Shown here piece after piece: positions 25,101 to 36,108 of a stretch of DNA of 64,000 nucleotides (the stretch's first letter is position 1; each line of letters begins with the position of its first letter). Below the pieces are notes generated by a model. That model saw only the letters and a list, made by a program, of their open reading frames with translations, was not told where the DNA came from and did not search any database. The stretch lies in contig NMRA01000195.1 of the NCBI GenBank assembly GCA_002633005.1, forward strand, positions 413,628 through 477,627, read 5' to 3'. Position numbers and translations under genes: made by a program. The stretch is from Phoronis australis. Its lineage: Eukaryota > Animalia > Phoronida.

Positions 25101-28100
25101 GATGGATTAACGTCAAATCTGATTGTGAAGGCAACACATGGAAGATGCCCCGACTGCGTTCAAATCAAAACAATGATTTGCACAATTGGTGAGTTTCCAC
25201 AGCATGTCCTCATGGGATCTCAACGAGCTTTCACTTCTCCCAGTTGTTATAACTATGGAATTCCAAGCCTGTCAGTTGTGATCGCGCACGGGATTTACAC
25301 GTTAGCGCGTTAGTTTAGGCCTGTGTAAGTTGAATAACGCGTTGTGGTAGTTTGCAATGCCCCGGCTCTAAAGTTTTGACTTTTTCAGATTGAGGTTGCC
25401 ATGCGTTTTACATGCTGTTATTCGTTGTTATTTATATAAGCCATTACTAGTCCAAATCAGTCACTAAATTCAAAATTGGCCTAATCAACGATAGTGAACT
25501 AATTGCGTACACTCTGGCATCGACTATGAATTCTGAGTAAATCCCAGTTGGATCTCGGCATTGGTTTCTTGTGATTAGTTCAAAAACGAATTAATGCCAA
25601 ATAGGTTGAAATCAGATGAAATTGTCCGTTCATTAACAGATCAGTCCCACTTAGACTCAGGGTTCTTCTTTGAGGTCACTTCTCGTAGCATTTTTGTGTC
25701 AACTCTCTCCCGACAATATACCAAGGAAGACAATAACATGCTGTGACAGATTTTACTGCTACTTTCAATTTTGTGAATACGCGCATTGAAATGAAAGGGT
25801 CACATTGAAGTATTCAAAGTTCAGATTTGTACGACCCGTTCTGAGACTTTGTGACGTAACAGCCTTAGTCGCGTAACATCGTGACGCGATCATTCATCTT
25901 CGCACATATTAACACGTTACGAAACACGAATAACGCGTTAATGAATCAACGAGAACGCGTTAACGTTTAAACCTCGCACGCGTTGCCAACTGACAGACTT
26001 GGAATTCCATAAATCAAGGCTGCACCGCATTAACGTACGAAAACCGTTACCGTTAACAACTGGCAGGCTTGAGATTGCATTGTTAGCATTGTCTACGCGG
26101 TCCCACTGACGCCATACGACAGTCGCACACGGCGGCTACGTGCATGTGGCCCCTAATGCGGACCGCATACACAATGCTTCACAGGTGCCCAACCCAGGGC
26201 ATTGACTAGGAGTAGTTCTTTTCAGATGGCACGCAGGAAACTACTCGTTCTTTTGGGGACTGACCCTCGATGAGGGCATGCGGTATAGACTGGGAACAGA
26301 ACCGCCTCAAAGAGACACGGCAAGAATGACGTCTATGAGAGTTCACAGCAACGAGATTCTACCACATACGTTCGATGCACGTCGAAAATGGCCAAACATG
26401 ATTCATCCCGTTCGTGACCAAGGCAACTGTGCATCGTCATGGGCCTTCTCAACAGCAGGTTGAATTAAAGTGTTAAGCCACCATCTCTAAATTTCCGTGT
26501 ACATACATATATCTTATCATAAGCTGTTTAATAGTTCGGTTAATTGACTGACACTTGTCTGTATGCATTTCCATTGATAGATTGCATGCCACACAACCTA
26601 CTGTTTGCCTTCTTGGTGAACAGATGCTCCAATTGTAAATCCAGCATTTTGTAAGATTAATACATTATTTGCAGATATGGCGTCTGACAGATTGAGCATT
26701 CATTCTCATGGCGGTATCAAAGACACTCTGTCAGTCCAGAACTTGATATCCTGCAATACCAAAAACCAAGATGGATGCCAAGGCGGCCATGTTGACAGAG
26801 CCTGGTGGTACCTCAGGAAAAAGGGGTATGATTACTGTCTACATGCACAATGTCAGAGAACGTTCAGAACCTGTGGATTACATAATGTTCTAGGCGTATT
26901 ATAGCAGAATAATTGCATTAAAACGATAGCTTGATTTGTATTCTAAAAGATTTTGTTTTGCAACTTACAGACCGGTAACATCACCTCTGCAGTATGAGTT
27001 TGTCTAATCAATAATCAAACATTTCTCCGCAGTGTTGTCAGCGACTCTTGTTACCAATACACAAGTGGCGCGACGGATAAAAGAGGCCACTGCATGGTAC
27101 CTCGTTCTTCCCGACGTGCCAACAGATTTAAGAGGGAGGTCAGCATGAGATGCCCTAGTACAGGGCAAATGACCAGCAGTATGTACCAATGTACACCCCC
27201 CTACAGAATATCACCCAGGGTAAGTTCTGTACATTCCATCCTTCCATGAACTAAGGTATAATATCTGAACTCAGGCAGGACTGGCTCCGTTATTCGAGAA
27301 TAAACTTGTAAGTTTACTCGAAGCGTGCTACATGTATGCGATTGGATAATTTTCGCGTTGAGTTTCGAGTACACAGATGAGACGCCAGGCCCTAGTGTCC
27401 GCACTGTGACATATTCGGCCCAAAAATACCCTCTATTCATCCCGTGTGACTGACGTTGAAGTTGAATTTAGCGCTGGCTGCTTCGGAAGGTCGAAGTGAC
27501 TAAATTGAAAAGTAAAATAAAATAAGAAGTAGACTGTAAAAGTGAAAAAATACATTTACCCCTGAACTCCATTCCGACCTCGTATAGTTATGAAAACAAG
27601 ATGTTAAGGTTGTAGGACCTTTTCGACAAGTCTGCGTATTCGCAGGTTATTTACCGACAAAAATTACAGGTGTCAACACAGTAAAAGTATATATTTTCTG
27701 AATGGAAAAGCCTATAGAATTTTATTTATTTTACTTTATACGAATACGCCTACATGTATAGTTAGGTCGCGTGACCATGTTTTTTTGTAAAATTTTACAA
27801 AACCGAAAGCAAAACAGCTGTATAAATAACATCACCAAAATTCAAGGTGGAATCTCAAAAACGTTGTGACAAATTTTTGAATTATCATTTTGTAATCAGC
27901 GGCAACTTTTGAGTTGTAAAATCATATTTTTCATAGCCCCTCATACAAAATCGGAACCTATAAAGGCAATTCCTAAAAATTTTTTAGAGAAAAGACCATG
28001 ACGTACATGAATAATGTCTGCAAGTTCCATATGAATCTTATCGACCATTTCTGAAACATTTTGTTCCGAAATTAGCCAAATTTGCACATTTTTCTAGGAT

Positions 28101-30359
28101 CCAGCATAACCTCAACTTGCACTTGCTCGTACTGTCAGTGGATTGTGACTGTCACAATCAAAATATTCGGTACTCTTAACGTTGAATGGGATGTGCCAAA
28201 GTAATAGTCATATTACACTCTTGTTTTCTGTGCGTTTCGAGCAATTTAATAGAAATCTAACTTTCCAAATGTTCTTTCATTTTGTTAAATTAAATCCTGA
28301 AGAAAATGTGGAACTTGCTGATTATCCTTTATAAATAATGTACACGTACTTTGTATTGTATATGTGTTTCGTGTGACTTGTACCAATATTCATGCCCGAG
28401 CGGAAAAAAACTGAAAAGAATATCTGAAGAAAATATCCCTTCCTTCGCCATTCCAGTAGAATATTGCAACGTTGAGCTGCAGGCTTATGCAAAATAGTTG
28501 ATTTATTTCGATTATCTTGTGGAAGCTTACCCAGACATTATGCATGTTAGGATAATTTTCACTTATTTCGCACACAAATAATTGACAAAATTTTCATTTT
28601 ACAATTTTCAAAGTCTGATCACTTTGCTGCAAATACTGTGAACTTGACCAAATGCATGCGCGCACCCAGGGAGGCTCGGGAGGTCCCCATTTTCCGAAGT
28701 GGACAAAAAGGTCCGTCTCAGAGAAACAAAAAGTCCAACAAAACGAGACAAAGTCCACTAAAAAAGCAAGAACTACCAAAATTCGTCGAACGCACAATTT
28801 ACAGTGCTGAAGATACCTCGTTTTTTAGTAAAAGGTCCCAATTCCCAAAAATCCGAGCCCCCCACATTTTAGGCTGGTTGCACGCATGAAATAATAATCT
28901 ATGGCATCTCCAAAGTACAAGCATAACCAAAACAGTAACAGACTAAATTATTAAAATTTTTATTTTTGTTTAAGACACATGACAAAATACAGTTTCAGAC
29001 GTCCGGAATATTGAGTGCTTAACAGATGAAGAATTGGCTATATGGCCCAGAAAACGTTCTTAAAATCACCCCGGTTTGGTGTAGTTACAGTAGGCCTACG
29101 TAATGTCGCTTCACATTAGAGTAAGCAATGTTCACCGAGATTTCCGCTTGTTGAGGCGTCTTTTGCCTGCTTCAACTGTAGTTTGGACCCGCTTTCAAAT
29201 ATACACCTCCTGCCATTCAGGAGTAAGGTGTAAGCCCAACCCCAATAAGCGTTGTGTTGTTTCTTCTCCCTGTTTAATATAAATTACACTTTCGATATTG
29301 TGCTTTATATGTACTGTACTTGTACTGGATATCCAACAAAGCTTTTAAAAAATATTCACCCTGTTCTCTCACTTCTCCAGGTTCGTGATATAATGAAAGA
29401 GATAGAAGACAACGGCCCAGTGCAAGCGACGTTTTTCGTGCCAGAAGATTTTTACATGTACAAAGGTGGAGTTTACAAACACGCAAAACTGACAGAGAAC
29501 GAACCCGAGGCTAACAGGAAAAAGGGTTACCACTCGGGCAGAATCATTGGGTAAATGTGCTTGCGTACAATTTTGATATGTAAGCGAATGTAAATGGAAC
29601 ACAAATAGTGAACTCATAAAATTCTTTGAAATACGCGTCTTCTGTGTTCCTCGGTGTTTTTCCCCTGACATAGCCATCCAAAGCGTCTCGAGGAGATGTT
29701 TACTGTGGGAAATATTGTAGTTTATTTACGTTAGAATTTTATTACGTGCAGCCTAAATTCTCACAAATTGTGTTTTAGAAAAACTATTAATTTTCGTCGC
29801 AATGAGATGTTTCCTATGCACTGCGTGTCTTATACTACTGCTCAAGAAAATGGTAGCGGCCTACGTTTTAGTGAACATTCATGCCTGACATTTCAGGTGG
29901 GGCGAAGATACGACTGAAGACAGATACAACCCCGTACCATACTGGGTAAGTGAGAATCGTGCTTGCTCGATAACTGACTTCAGTACTCTGCGTAGCCAAC
30001 TTTCTGTGAAACTCGAATTCATCCGACCAAGGCGCAGTATGTACCATGTAGCCTTGGTGAATAATAATTATCTGTCATCAACATGTTTTTTTAAAACAAC
30101 TATTAATGTTTCAAGACAAAGTTGACATACATTAAAACTTATCCAGAAATAAAAGCAACTTACAGAATTAATGTGATTTTATTTCCAGTTGGTTGCAAAC
30201 TCGTGGGGCCGGCGATGGGGTGAGGATGGTACGTTTAAGATACTTCGAGGCAAAAACGAATGTGACGTCGAATCGTTCATTGTCGGCGTATGGGGGAAGG
30301 TGGATAACCGCCGTGTAAACAATGCAAGACGAAATCGACGGAAATTCAGGAAATACTGA
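3875..30359 (+). CDS. TINAGL1: Tubulointerstitial nephritis antigen-like (TINAGL1/TINAG family) secreted C1A pseudo-peptidase; 9 coding exons, 473 aa
   Basis: join(3875..4154,20621..20687,20806..20919,26226..26458,26675..26825,27033..27219,29381..29550,29897..29945,30189..30359). All introns are GT-AG, phases are consistent, 1422 nt total. Motifs: signal peptide, CYCDIFC..DCCPDF (SMB-like), NNCNYC, GNYSFFWGLTLDEGMRYRLGT, DQGNCASSWAFS, GCQGG, GPVQATF, YHS, ANSWG..WGE.G. Confidence 0.93.
6772..7064 (+). mobile_element. MITE, CAGTGGCGGAT family, with a nested CATGCGCGCA-family element (~6870-7000)
   Basis: TIR CAGTGGCGGATTTAGG / CCTGGATCCGCCCCTG; flanks tatat/tatac. Comparison with the uninterrupted copy at 9964 shows the insert catgcgcgcaacc...gctgggcgcgcgtat. 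Confidence 0.8.
9964..10126 (+). mobile_element. MITE, CAGTGGCGGAT family
   Basis: cagtggctgatcta ... tggatccgcctctg; flanks cagac/caaac. Confidence 0.8.
11099..11214 (-). mobile_element. Dimeric mini-MITE (CATGRGCGGCGC ends)
   Basis: Two tandem ~50-60 bp TIR-bounded units; outer flanks tttct/tatct; homologous to 51748-51851. Confidence 0.65.
14633..14873. mobile_element. Degenerate CAGT-ended MITE
   Basis: cagtagcatac...cgggcatc...gccccgggcatcactaagcctctgcacgctaccg; terminal inverted similarity, no clear TSD. Confidence 0.4.
15247..15699. mobile_element. Degenerate PIF/Harbinger-like MITE containing a (GT)n tract
   Basis: taa|gtgccgtttacat ... atgtctaaaggggcc|ta; internal recurring gtgtaaacgg and inverted gagcaaactgacac/gtgtcagttgcgc motifs; (GT)n at ~15603-15625. 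Confidence 0.4.
17532..17730 (-). mobile_element. LINE 3' end (3'UTR hairpin, AATAAA, A-tail)
   Basis: On -: acccaga...tctgggt stem, then ttcaataaatatatatcacttaaaaaaa. The upstream frame ...LCVDFFTISR resembles a CR1-type ORF2 terminus. Confidence 0.5.
17659..17919 (+). pseudogene. Intronless ubiquitin-specific protease (peptidase C19/USP) C-terminal fragment
   Basis: Stop-free frame ...YKIKAVIEHHGRKTTGGHYTCCVKSSAWEWINFDDSTVTSTSKPPQDAYIAIYEL*. It carries the USP His box (AVIxHxG...GHY), WxxFDDSxV and AYIxxY motifs at canonical spacing. No in-frame ATG and no Cys box. Confidence 0.75.
18279..18575 (-). mobile_element. CR1/L2-group LINE ORF2 C-terminal fragment
   Basis: WNSLPVSLKES...RSRCGLFLNSDKFRHNFSNVSPNCKCG..SYPHIFFKCP: WNSLP plus the C-terminal CxC..H..CP knuckle typical of LINE ORF2 ends; cut by the N gap at 18218-18278. 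Confidence 0.75.
20240..20535. repeat. Degenerate (ACC/CAT)n low-complexity tract
   Basis: Runs of acc/cac/atc triplets; the Thr/His-rich ORF here is an artefact. Confidence 0.65.
20621..20687 (+). CDS. TINAGL1: TINAGL1-like exon 2
   Basis: tttgtttcag|(N)KCTLDGITYKRGTKVKNNCNY(C)|gtaagt. Confidence 0.88.
20806..20919 (+). CDS. TINAGL1: TINAGL1-like exon 3
   Basis: ttgtttcag|(C)TCEEAIRGRELNWRCTNNACLIRPDLMQKVNENRKTL(G)|gtatgt. Confidence 0.9.
20994..21379. mobile_element. Foldback/MITE-like element with an internal ~21-bp tandem array of TCTATCGATAGA
   Basis: ~65-bp imperfect TIRs (ctacggtggatgtaaaagaacggcac...gctaactctatcgatagac / gtctatcgatagagttagc...gtgccgtcctttcgcagccatcgtag); GTTC on both outer flanks. 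Confidence 0.8.
24755..25075. repeat. (TATG)n microsatellite
   Basis: Visible gtat/gtgt/gcat tetranucleotide repeats. Confidence 0.95.
25256..26009. mobile_element. MITE-like element with ~23-bp TIR and TA flanks
   Basis: ta|TGGAATTCCAAGCCTGTCAGTTG ... CAACTGACAGACTTGGAATTCCA|ta; subterminal AACGCGTT-rich segments on both sides. Confidence 0.7.
26226..26458 (+). CDS. TINAGL1: TINAGL1-like exon 4
   Basis: ttcag|WHAGNYSFFWGLTLDEGMRYRLGT...LPHTFDARRKWPNMIHPVRDQGNCASSWAFSTA|gttgaa. Confidence 0.93.
26675..26825 (+). CDS. TINAGL1: TINAGL1-like exon 5
   Basis: gcag|(D)MASDRLSIHSHGGIKDTLSVQNLISCNTKNQDGCQGGHVDRAWWYLRKK(G)|gtatga. Confidence 0.93.
27033..27219 (+). CDS. TINAGL1: TINAGL1-like exon 6
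   Basis: ccgcag|VVSDSCYQYTSGATDKRGHCMVPRSSRRANRFKREVSMRCPSTGQMTSSMYQCTPPYRISPR|gtaagt. Confidence 0.9.
28655..28888 (+). mobile_element. MITE, CATGCGCGCACCC family (complete copy)
   Basis: catgcgcgcacccag ... ctggttgcacgcatg; flanks aaatg/aaata. Confidence 0.8.
29381..29550 (+). CDS. TINAGL1: TINAGL1-like exon 7
   Basis: ctccag|VRDIMKEIEDNGPVQATFFVPEDFYMYKGGVYKHAKLTENEPEANRKKGYHSGRII(G)|gtaaat. Confidence 0.92.
29897..29945 (+). CDS. TINAGL1: TINAGL1-like exon 8
   Basis: tttcag|WGEDTTEDRYNPVPYW|gtaagt. Confidence 0.88.
30189..30359 (+). CDS. TINAGL1: TINAGL1-like exon 9 (terminal)
   Basis: ttccag|LVANSWGRRWGEDGTFKILRGKNECDVESFIVGVWGKVDNRRVNNARRNRRKFRKY*. Confidence 0.92.
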   Translation: MVANSWGRRWGEDGTFKILRGKNECDVESFIVGVWGKVDNRRVNNARRNRRKFRKY

Positions 30360-31136
30360 AATGTGTGACTTGTCGCAGGAACTAAATCGAAGAATACTCG
30401 TGCTATTTTCCTTGGCATACCGAAGCCACAATGAACGCTCATGTTTCGTGTAAAGTACATTGCAACCCGAGTGTTAGTTGATTAATGAAGTGTTGGTCTT
30501 GGAATTTATCAATATTTACACATCATGGTTTAACAACTGTTGTAACGACGCATTTATACCCTATGTTTTAAATTAGACAGAGGGAAATGTGTGATTTTAC
30601 GTAACTTTCTTTGTGACGAAAGTTAGGCAAAGTGCGAGTGGTGAGATTCTGGGTAAAGACACACAACAGCGAATGAGACGCCAGTGAAGAGTAGATTGTT
30701 TGAAACTGTAATTACAGCTGCACCGGCGAGAAAACATTGACTACTGCGTTTTCTCGAGTTTTCTCGTTCTAACACTGTTGTGACTAATATATGGCCTTGA
30801 TCTCAATCGCCTATGGTTCAACGAGCGCCATGATATACTGGCTTAGTCATCTTCTTTGTGTCGTAATATACAATTTACTTTTTTATGTCACAAAGTTAAT
30901 ATACATGTGTTATATGAATATAGGCTAATACTGATTTCCGGCTAGAACGAGAAATAGATGTGTGGGAAAAGAATGCCTTCGGAGTACAGCTGCTTAATAG
31001 TATCCTAACAGACGCCATTCCTTCTTATGAAGAAGTTAAATCGCTACAAACCACGTTCTGGTATCAAATCATCATCTTCCTTCCCATGCGTATTTACTTT
31101 TTTAAATTAACGTCATTGGGTTTATATTCTTTTTTT

Positions 31137-31423
31137 CATAGGCGGATTTAGGGAGGCAGGGGGCACGCCCCACGCCCTTTGCTGCCGCAAGCAAAATGAA
31201 ACAGCAACAGCGTGAAGAAACATTGAGTTCAGGAGCCAGGACCGGTAGTGAACGGAGGGAGCGGGGGGGGGGGGCTGAGACCCGGAAACCTATTTTATTT
31301 TCAGTCCCCCGATAGATTTTCTGAACAGCAAGTGTACATCCTCGACGTGTGCACATACAATTGCGCTTTGCCCAATTCCCCGAGGATGTTGGCCCCCCTT
31401 ATAGTATCCTAGATCCGCCTCTG
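31137..31423 (+). mobile_element. MITE, CAKWGGCGGAT family
   Basis: cataggcggatttagg ... cctagatccgcctctg; flanks ttttt/tgttt. Confidence 0.7.
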
Positions 31424-31520
31424 TGTTTGAACTGTGTTTGAACAGAAATTGGTAGTAATAAAACTCCCGGATTTGTCCTGATGGCCGTAGTGCTTTTACG
31501 ATTGAAACAAACCCGCATGT

Positions 31521-31600
31521 CAAGCAACCCACGAGACAAGCAACCCACGAGACAACCAACCCGCGCGACAGGCAACCCACGTGATCAGCAACCCTCGTGC
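31521..31600. repeat. Short tandem repeat, ~16-bp unit gcaacccacgagacaa, ~5 degenerate copies
   Basis: Seen directly in the sequence. Confidence 0.75.
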
Positions 31601-34600
31601 CAAGCAACTTGGCGGTCTTAGTCTGAAGTACATGTAATGACGAAGTTTTAGCTCTTGAACTCGAGAAATTTATTTTGCTAGGAATGAGAAACAAAATTTT
31701 GTAGCAGTGAGAGGCATGGTCAGTCGTTAGTTTGTGACAGAAAACGTGGGTGTTTTTCTCTCTATAATGTCTAGCACGTTACGTTGTGACTTACTTATGC
31801 TACACTGAAAATAATGTGTTCTTCTCTGCAATGATAACATCTTTCAAAACACAAACTAATTTTTATTTCTGAAGTGCTACAAACAAAAATGTCCGGCAAA
31901 AACATCCCATGGACAACATACATACTAGTCACAATATCACAATCATGTACTTGTCACTAACACATCTAGTCACGATATCACAGTTGACTGAACTAGGTAC
32001 GTGTAAGAAGTGATTGTTTAAATTTATTATTGTCCAGGTTCATTGTTCACAAACCTATTTATGAATTCTACAAACCAGTCATTAAGGAAATGTGACTTGA
32101 ATACCGCCAAACTCTAACTATTGTTCAACAAGAAATCGCAAATTGCGAACTGGAATAAAACATCATAGCAGCGGTGGCGATACCAGCTGAAGCAATCATT
32201 GAACTTCATACGATCAGGTGTTTTACGTAATGGTTCGACAAACGTGCTAGCCTATGCCTACTCCACAGTCACCATTCCGAAGTTCCACAAGCGCAAAGAC
32301 TGTATGAAAAAAGTTCTTTGCAAGCGTAGGCCTGCCTGCAGCAGCGCATGCCGGTGACAAGGAAGCACCTCTCACCCTCAGCTGTGGTCCGTTTAAGGAT
32401 AAAAAACTTCTTTTTCCAAACAAAGAAATCCTCGGAGAGAACAGGACACAAATCAACATGTATGACCCTGATTTCCTCAAAATAACACGAACGATTTGCA
32501 GGCTACGTTGTCCTTAACTGTACTTGTATTACGGTAATTCTCCAATTATTTCGCACAAAGAATGGTCAAATTTGCACTTCTTCCATTTTTCAAAGGCTGA
32601 TTACCTTACAGGACTTAACGGAAAGTTTTCCACTGCTGTTTTATGACATCTACACAATGCAAACTAGCTAGTGTAAAACTAAAATTGTCTGACTTTTTCC
32701 TTTTGTGGAGAATTTTGTCACAATAGAACTTACCTTGTCAGCCATATTGTGTGCAAATTAAGTGAAGAATTACCGGAAAATTTGATGCCATTTTATGCAA
32801 ACCTTGGACTATGAAAAGCATGAAATGTCCTTAGTTTTAGTACAAACGTATGTGGTCAGTAGGATTTTTGTCATGCGGCGAGAGAACGAGAAGAAACTAT
32901 TCATTTCGGCCACTTGCTGTTATGAAACTGATCCCAAGTTGTTCATACGTCAAATTGGAGGTGATTTCAGTGAATCAAGTACGGGAAGACTTCATGATTT
33001 TGGTCTGAAGGAATAACGAATTAGAAGTTCTTCCCTTGTAAACTGAGCAAGGAACAAGATTATAACGGTAGTGGCCTTCAATCAAAACTTGTTTTTGACA
33101 GAAAGTGTGGCTTAATACCGTTTTCATATTGACATTTTTAAAAGACTGTTCAGGGCACTTTTCCGTTACTGTATCAAACTGATATTAAAATTATCCCGAC
33201 AATAAAATAGAAACTGTTGATTATCATAATTTAGCGATGTTCATTTATGTATTTTTAAAAATTATAATGGTGATACGTTTTCAAAGAGGTGGCACATTTA
33301 ATTCCCTGATAGAAAATTGATAATTGGAGCGTGGGAATGTGATGTGTAATCTTCATGCGTTACGATTAGTCTCGTGATAATGCTAAATTTTAATGAATAG
33401 ATTAGTTAAGTATTAAATTTCTGTACCATTCTTATCCACTGTTAGTGGTCTATATAGTGTTTTTCAAATTGACATTGATTTTAATCTCTGCCTTCAATGA
33501 AAACAATCAAAGACAAAAATGACTCCTTAAACCTTTCAACACTACGATAATGAAGCATTTCTATCCCGAAATACCTCATTCAGGATATCGATATGTAGAA
33601 GAGTCAAAAAGCCAACAATTGGGCGGATTCGAATCAATGACATATGACCCTTCAGTTCATTCTGTTGGCATTTACCAATTTCTATCGTGATTAAAGGTGG
33701 GGGGGGGGGGGGCGACGGNAGTGAGACGAATTTCTGAACATTGTTTTTTCTTAGAATACAATTTCATAAGACGTAATGTACACTACATCAGAGTATCAGG
33801 AATACCCTAATGGACACATATATGTTTGGATTGTGTTCGTTTGTTCAATTTCTTAGAAATTTATGACTAAAACAAACGCCACATTTACTTTTTTTAGTAG
33901 TTTAGTTGATTCTCCTCCTAGTTGTCATTAATTGGATGACTACAGTATTATTTTTGGGATAAGTTTTTGATCATTACTCAGTGGAACCGTTGCTATATAG
34001 AACTACATGATCAAATTGATTTTGGGCAAGCAAATGATTGCTGTTCACAGGTGTATACCAATTCATTGAAGCCACTCGTTGATTACGCCACTTCATGATA
34101 GATACGCCAAGCTTCATTCATATGAGTACCCAATATACAGTGTATTCAAACAGACTCGGGATGCAGTAATTGGTTCACAATGAGGTACAGGGTACTCTAA
34201 TGAACGGCGGCAAGATTAGGTGGTCCGGTATGTTATACGAGATCGCCACATATATTCAAGGCTATCCTGGATACTAAACAGTTTAGCTTTTGCCTCCTTG
34301 TTGAGAACATCAAGGTTGAGTTTCGTAGACGCAAGTATCTCGCGAAGGAAGCTAATGTGGTAATCGTGGACCGTTTTTGTGAAAGTGCCGGGCCACCCGT
34401 ACTTACGCTGGCAATTACTCCAAGACTTCGCTCATGTTTTACGACCATAATCGTTACATCCAATGAAAAATTGGTCTGTAGATCAAGTGAGTTCTGAAGC
34501 AGTTGTGGTGGCACTGAACAGTTAGGCTTCGGCCGCTGCCCAATTTTCCCAAAATATTGGGGTTGGCCAAGTTTGGGGTCGATTTTCAGATAAGTATTGC

Positions 34601-35797
34601 ATATACAGGCTCAGTGAATGTGGTTTGTTTGTATCTGTGAACATGCTGAGAATGAAAAAAGGACACTTTCTCGGCTGTAGCTGCACTCTTCTGCAAGATG
34701 GTGGCCACCTGGTGCAATTGTGTATTGCTGTGTAGCAACTGAGAAATTGGCCGCGATTTCAGGTAGCCCTCAAACAAGCCAGATTTGCAAAAAAAACTAG
34801 TTGGTTGACAGTACTTTTGGACCACATTTTTGAAATCGGTAGGAAATTTGCTTTCGGAGTCTAATGTTGGCTTTAGTCGAGCATCGGCAGGGAAGTGGTG
34901 GTTTTGGTGTGAAAAGTGCCGATTTTGCTTTTTTGCTCTTATTTTGTCTTAGTCTGATTTGGTTTCCACTGGGAGTGAAAGGGTCAAAAATACAAGAGAG
35001 AATAAAGTTTCTGTGCTCATCTGTAGGGCTTGTGATGTGAAATGACTCAAAACTTTTCTTTATTTGCATGCAGTTTTTGACAGAGTGAAGAAAGGATGAA
35101 GAGTCCATTGACGTGTGTTCTGACAGACAAACCCCTGAGAGAAATGTTCAGTGCCTCCTGAACGCTCTTAATTTTACGCTCGTATCCTGCACATGTTATG
35201 AAGTCTTTAGAAGGTTAAATCTCAGCTGCAAAATTGTATGTGGTGACGTGTCCCGTGTGTAACAGATGTAGATATCTTGCGAAGTCTTGCGTTTTCGCGA
35301 GGTCCTTGTGTCTGCGAACGCATGCCGGGCTACCGTACGGTGCCTGTTATTGCACAGCGGAACTTCACTACGGATCATAAGAAACCTTGCTACTACGTTT
35401 TCTACTTGCACGGCAAAAGCGATTATGTAACAAGATGACGATTTCATCCCACCTTTCTGGTTGGAAACCACTCAGTGTCTGATTAGTGTGACTCGCCCTC
35501 AAGCTACAGCGTAGGATCTCCGGTTGTCACAATCGCCGCCCCGGTTGTTGCTGTATGCCTTCAGAATACCCACGATTTGCACCCCCTGATCGCCAAAGAC
35601 CGGTGAGGAACTCCTGTGGCGACTAAATTGGTACCTATTTTACTTGAAGCCCACGCTGTAGCTTATTCAGCCTAATGGATTATCCGACACTACTGCAAAT
35701 AGTTTATCAGGAATAATACGATGAATGTTTTCAGTCATCCAGTTGGGTCATAGTATAAGAATCAATAAATCTATTACTGGACTTACGGTACGTGGAG

Positions 35798-35840
35798 ATG
35801 GCTACGTTGCGTCCTCCTCTCGAGGACTTCATCAGGCCAC
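35798..35840 (-). ncRNA. Second, identical minimal hammerhead motif in the inverted pLTR
   Basis: Exact reverse complement of 36066-36108. Confidence 0.7.
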
Positions 35841-36065
35841 TGAGTTGTCACGTTGCTTGTCATGTGATCTGTCGTACAGTTTCCGCTGGATTCTCTTCAG
35901 CGCCCTATCCCATGTCCTAGGTGAGTGAAAATGCAGAATTGAGAATCCTAGCCTCAATAGACAGGGGGGCCGCGGTTTCACTTACCTAGGACATGGGATA
36001 GGGCGCTGAAGAGAATCCTGCGGAAACTGTATGACAGATCACATGACAAGTCACGTGACAACTCA

Positions 36066-36108
36066 GTGGCCTGATGAAGTCCTCGAGAGGAGGACGCAAC
36101 GTAGCCAT
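36066..36108 (+). ncRNA. Minimal type I hammerhead ribozyme motif (core GAAA mutated to GCAA)
   Basis: gtggc CTGATGA a gtcctc-gagag-gaggac GCAAC GTA gccat: stem I, CUGAUGA box, stem II, palindromic ACGU, GUA cleavage triplet. Confidence 0.7.

Noticed and set aside
24703-25110. MYVC/YIHT repeat ORFs
   Set aside because: Translation of a (TATG)n microsatellite.
27604-28930. Possible large TTAA-type non-autonomous element in TINAGL1 intron 6
   Set aside because: A left end (ttaaggttgtagg) is suggestive, but I could not find a convincing matching right TIR.
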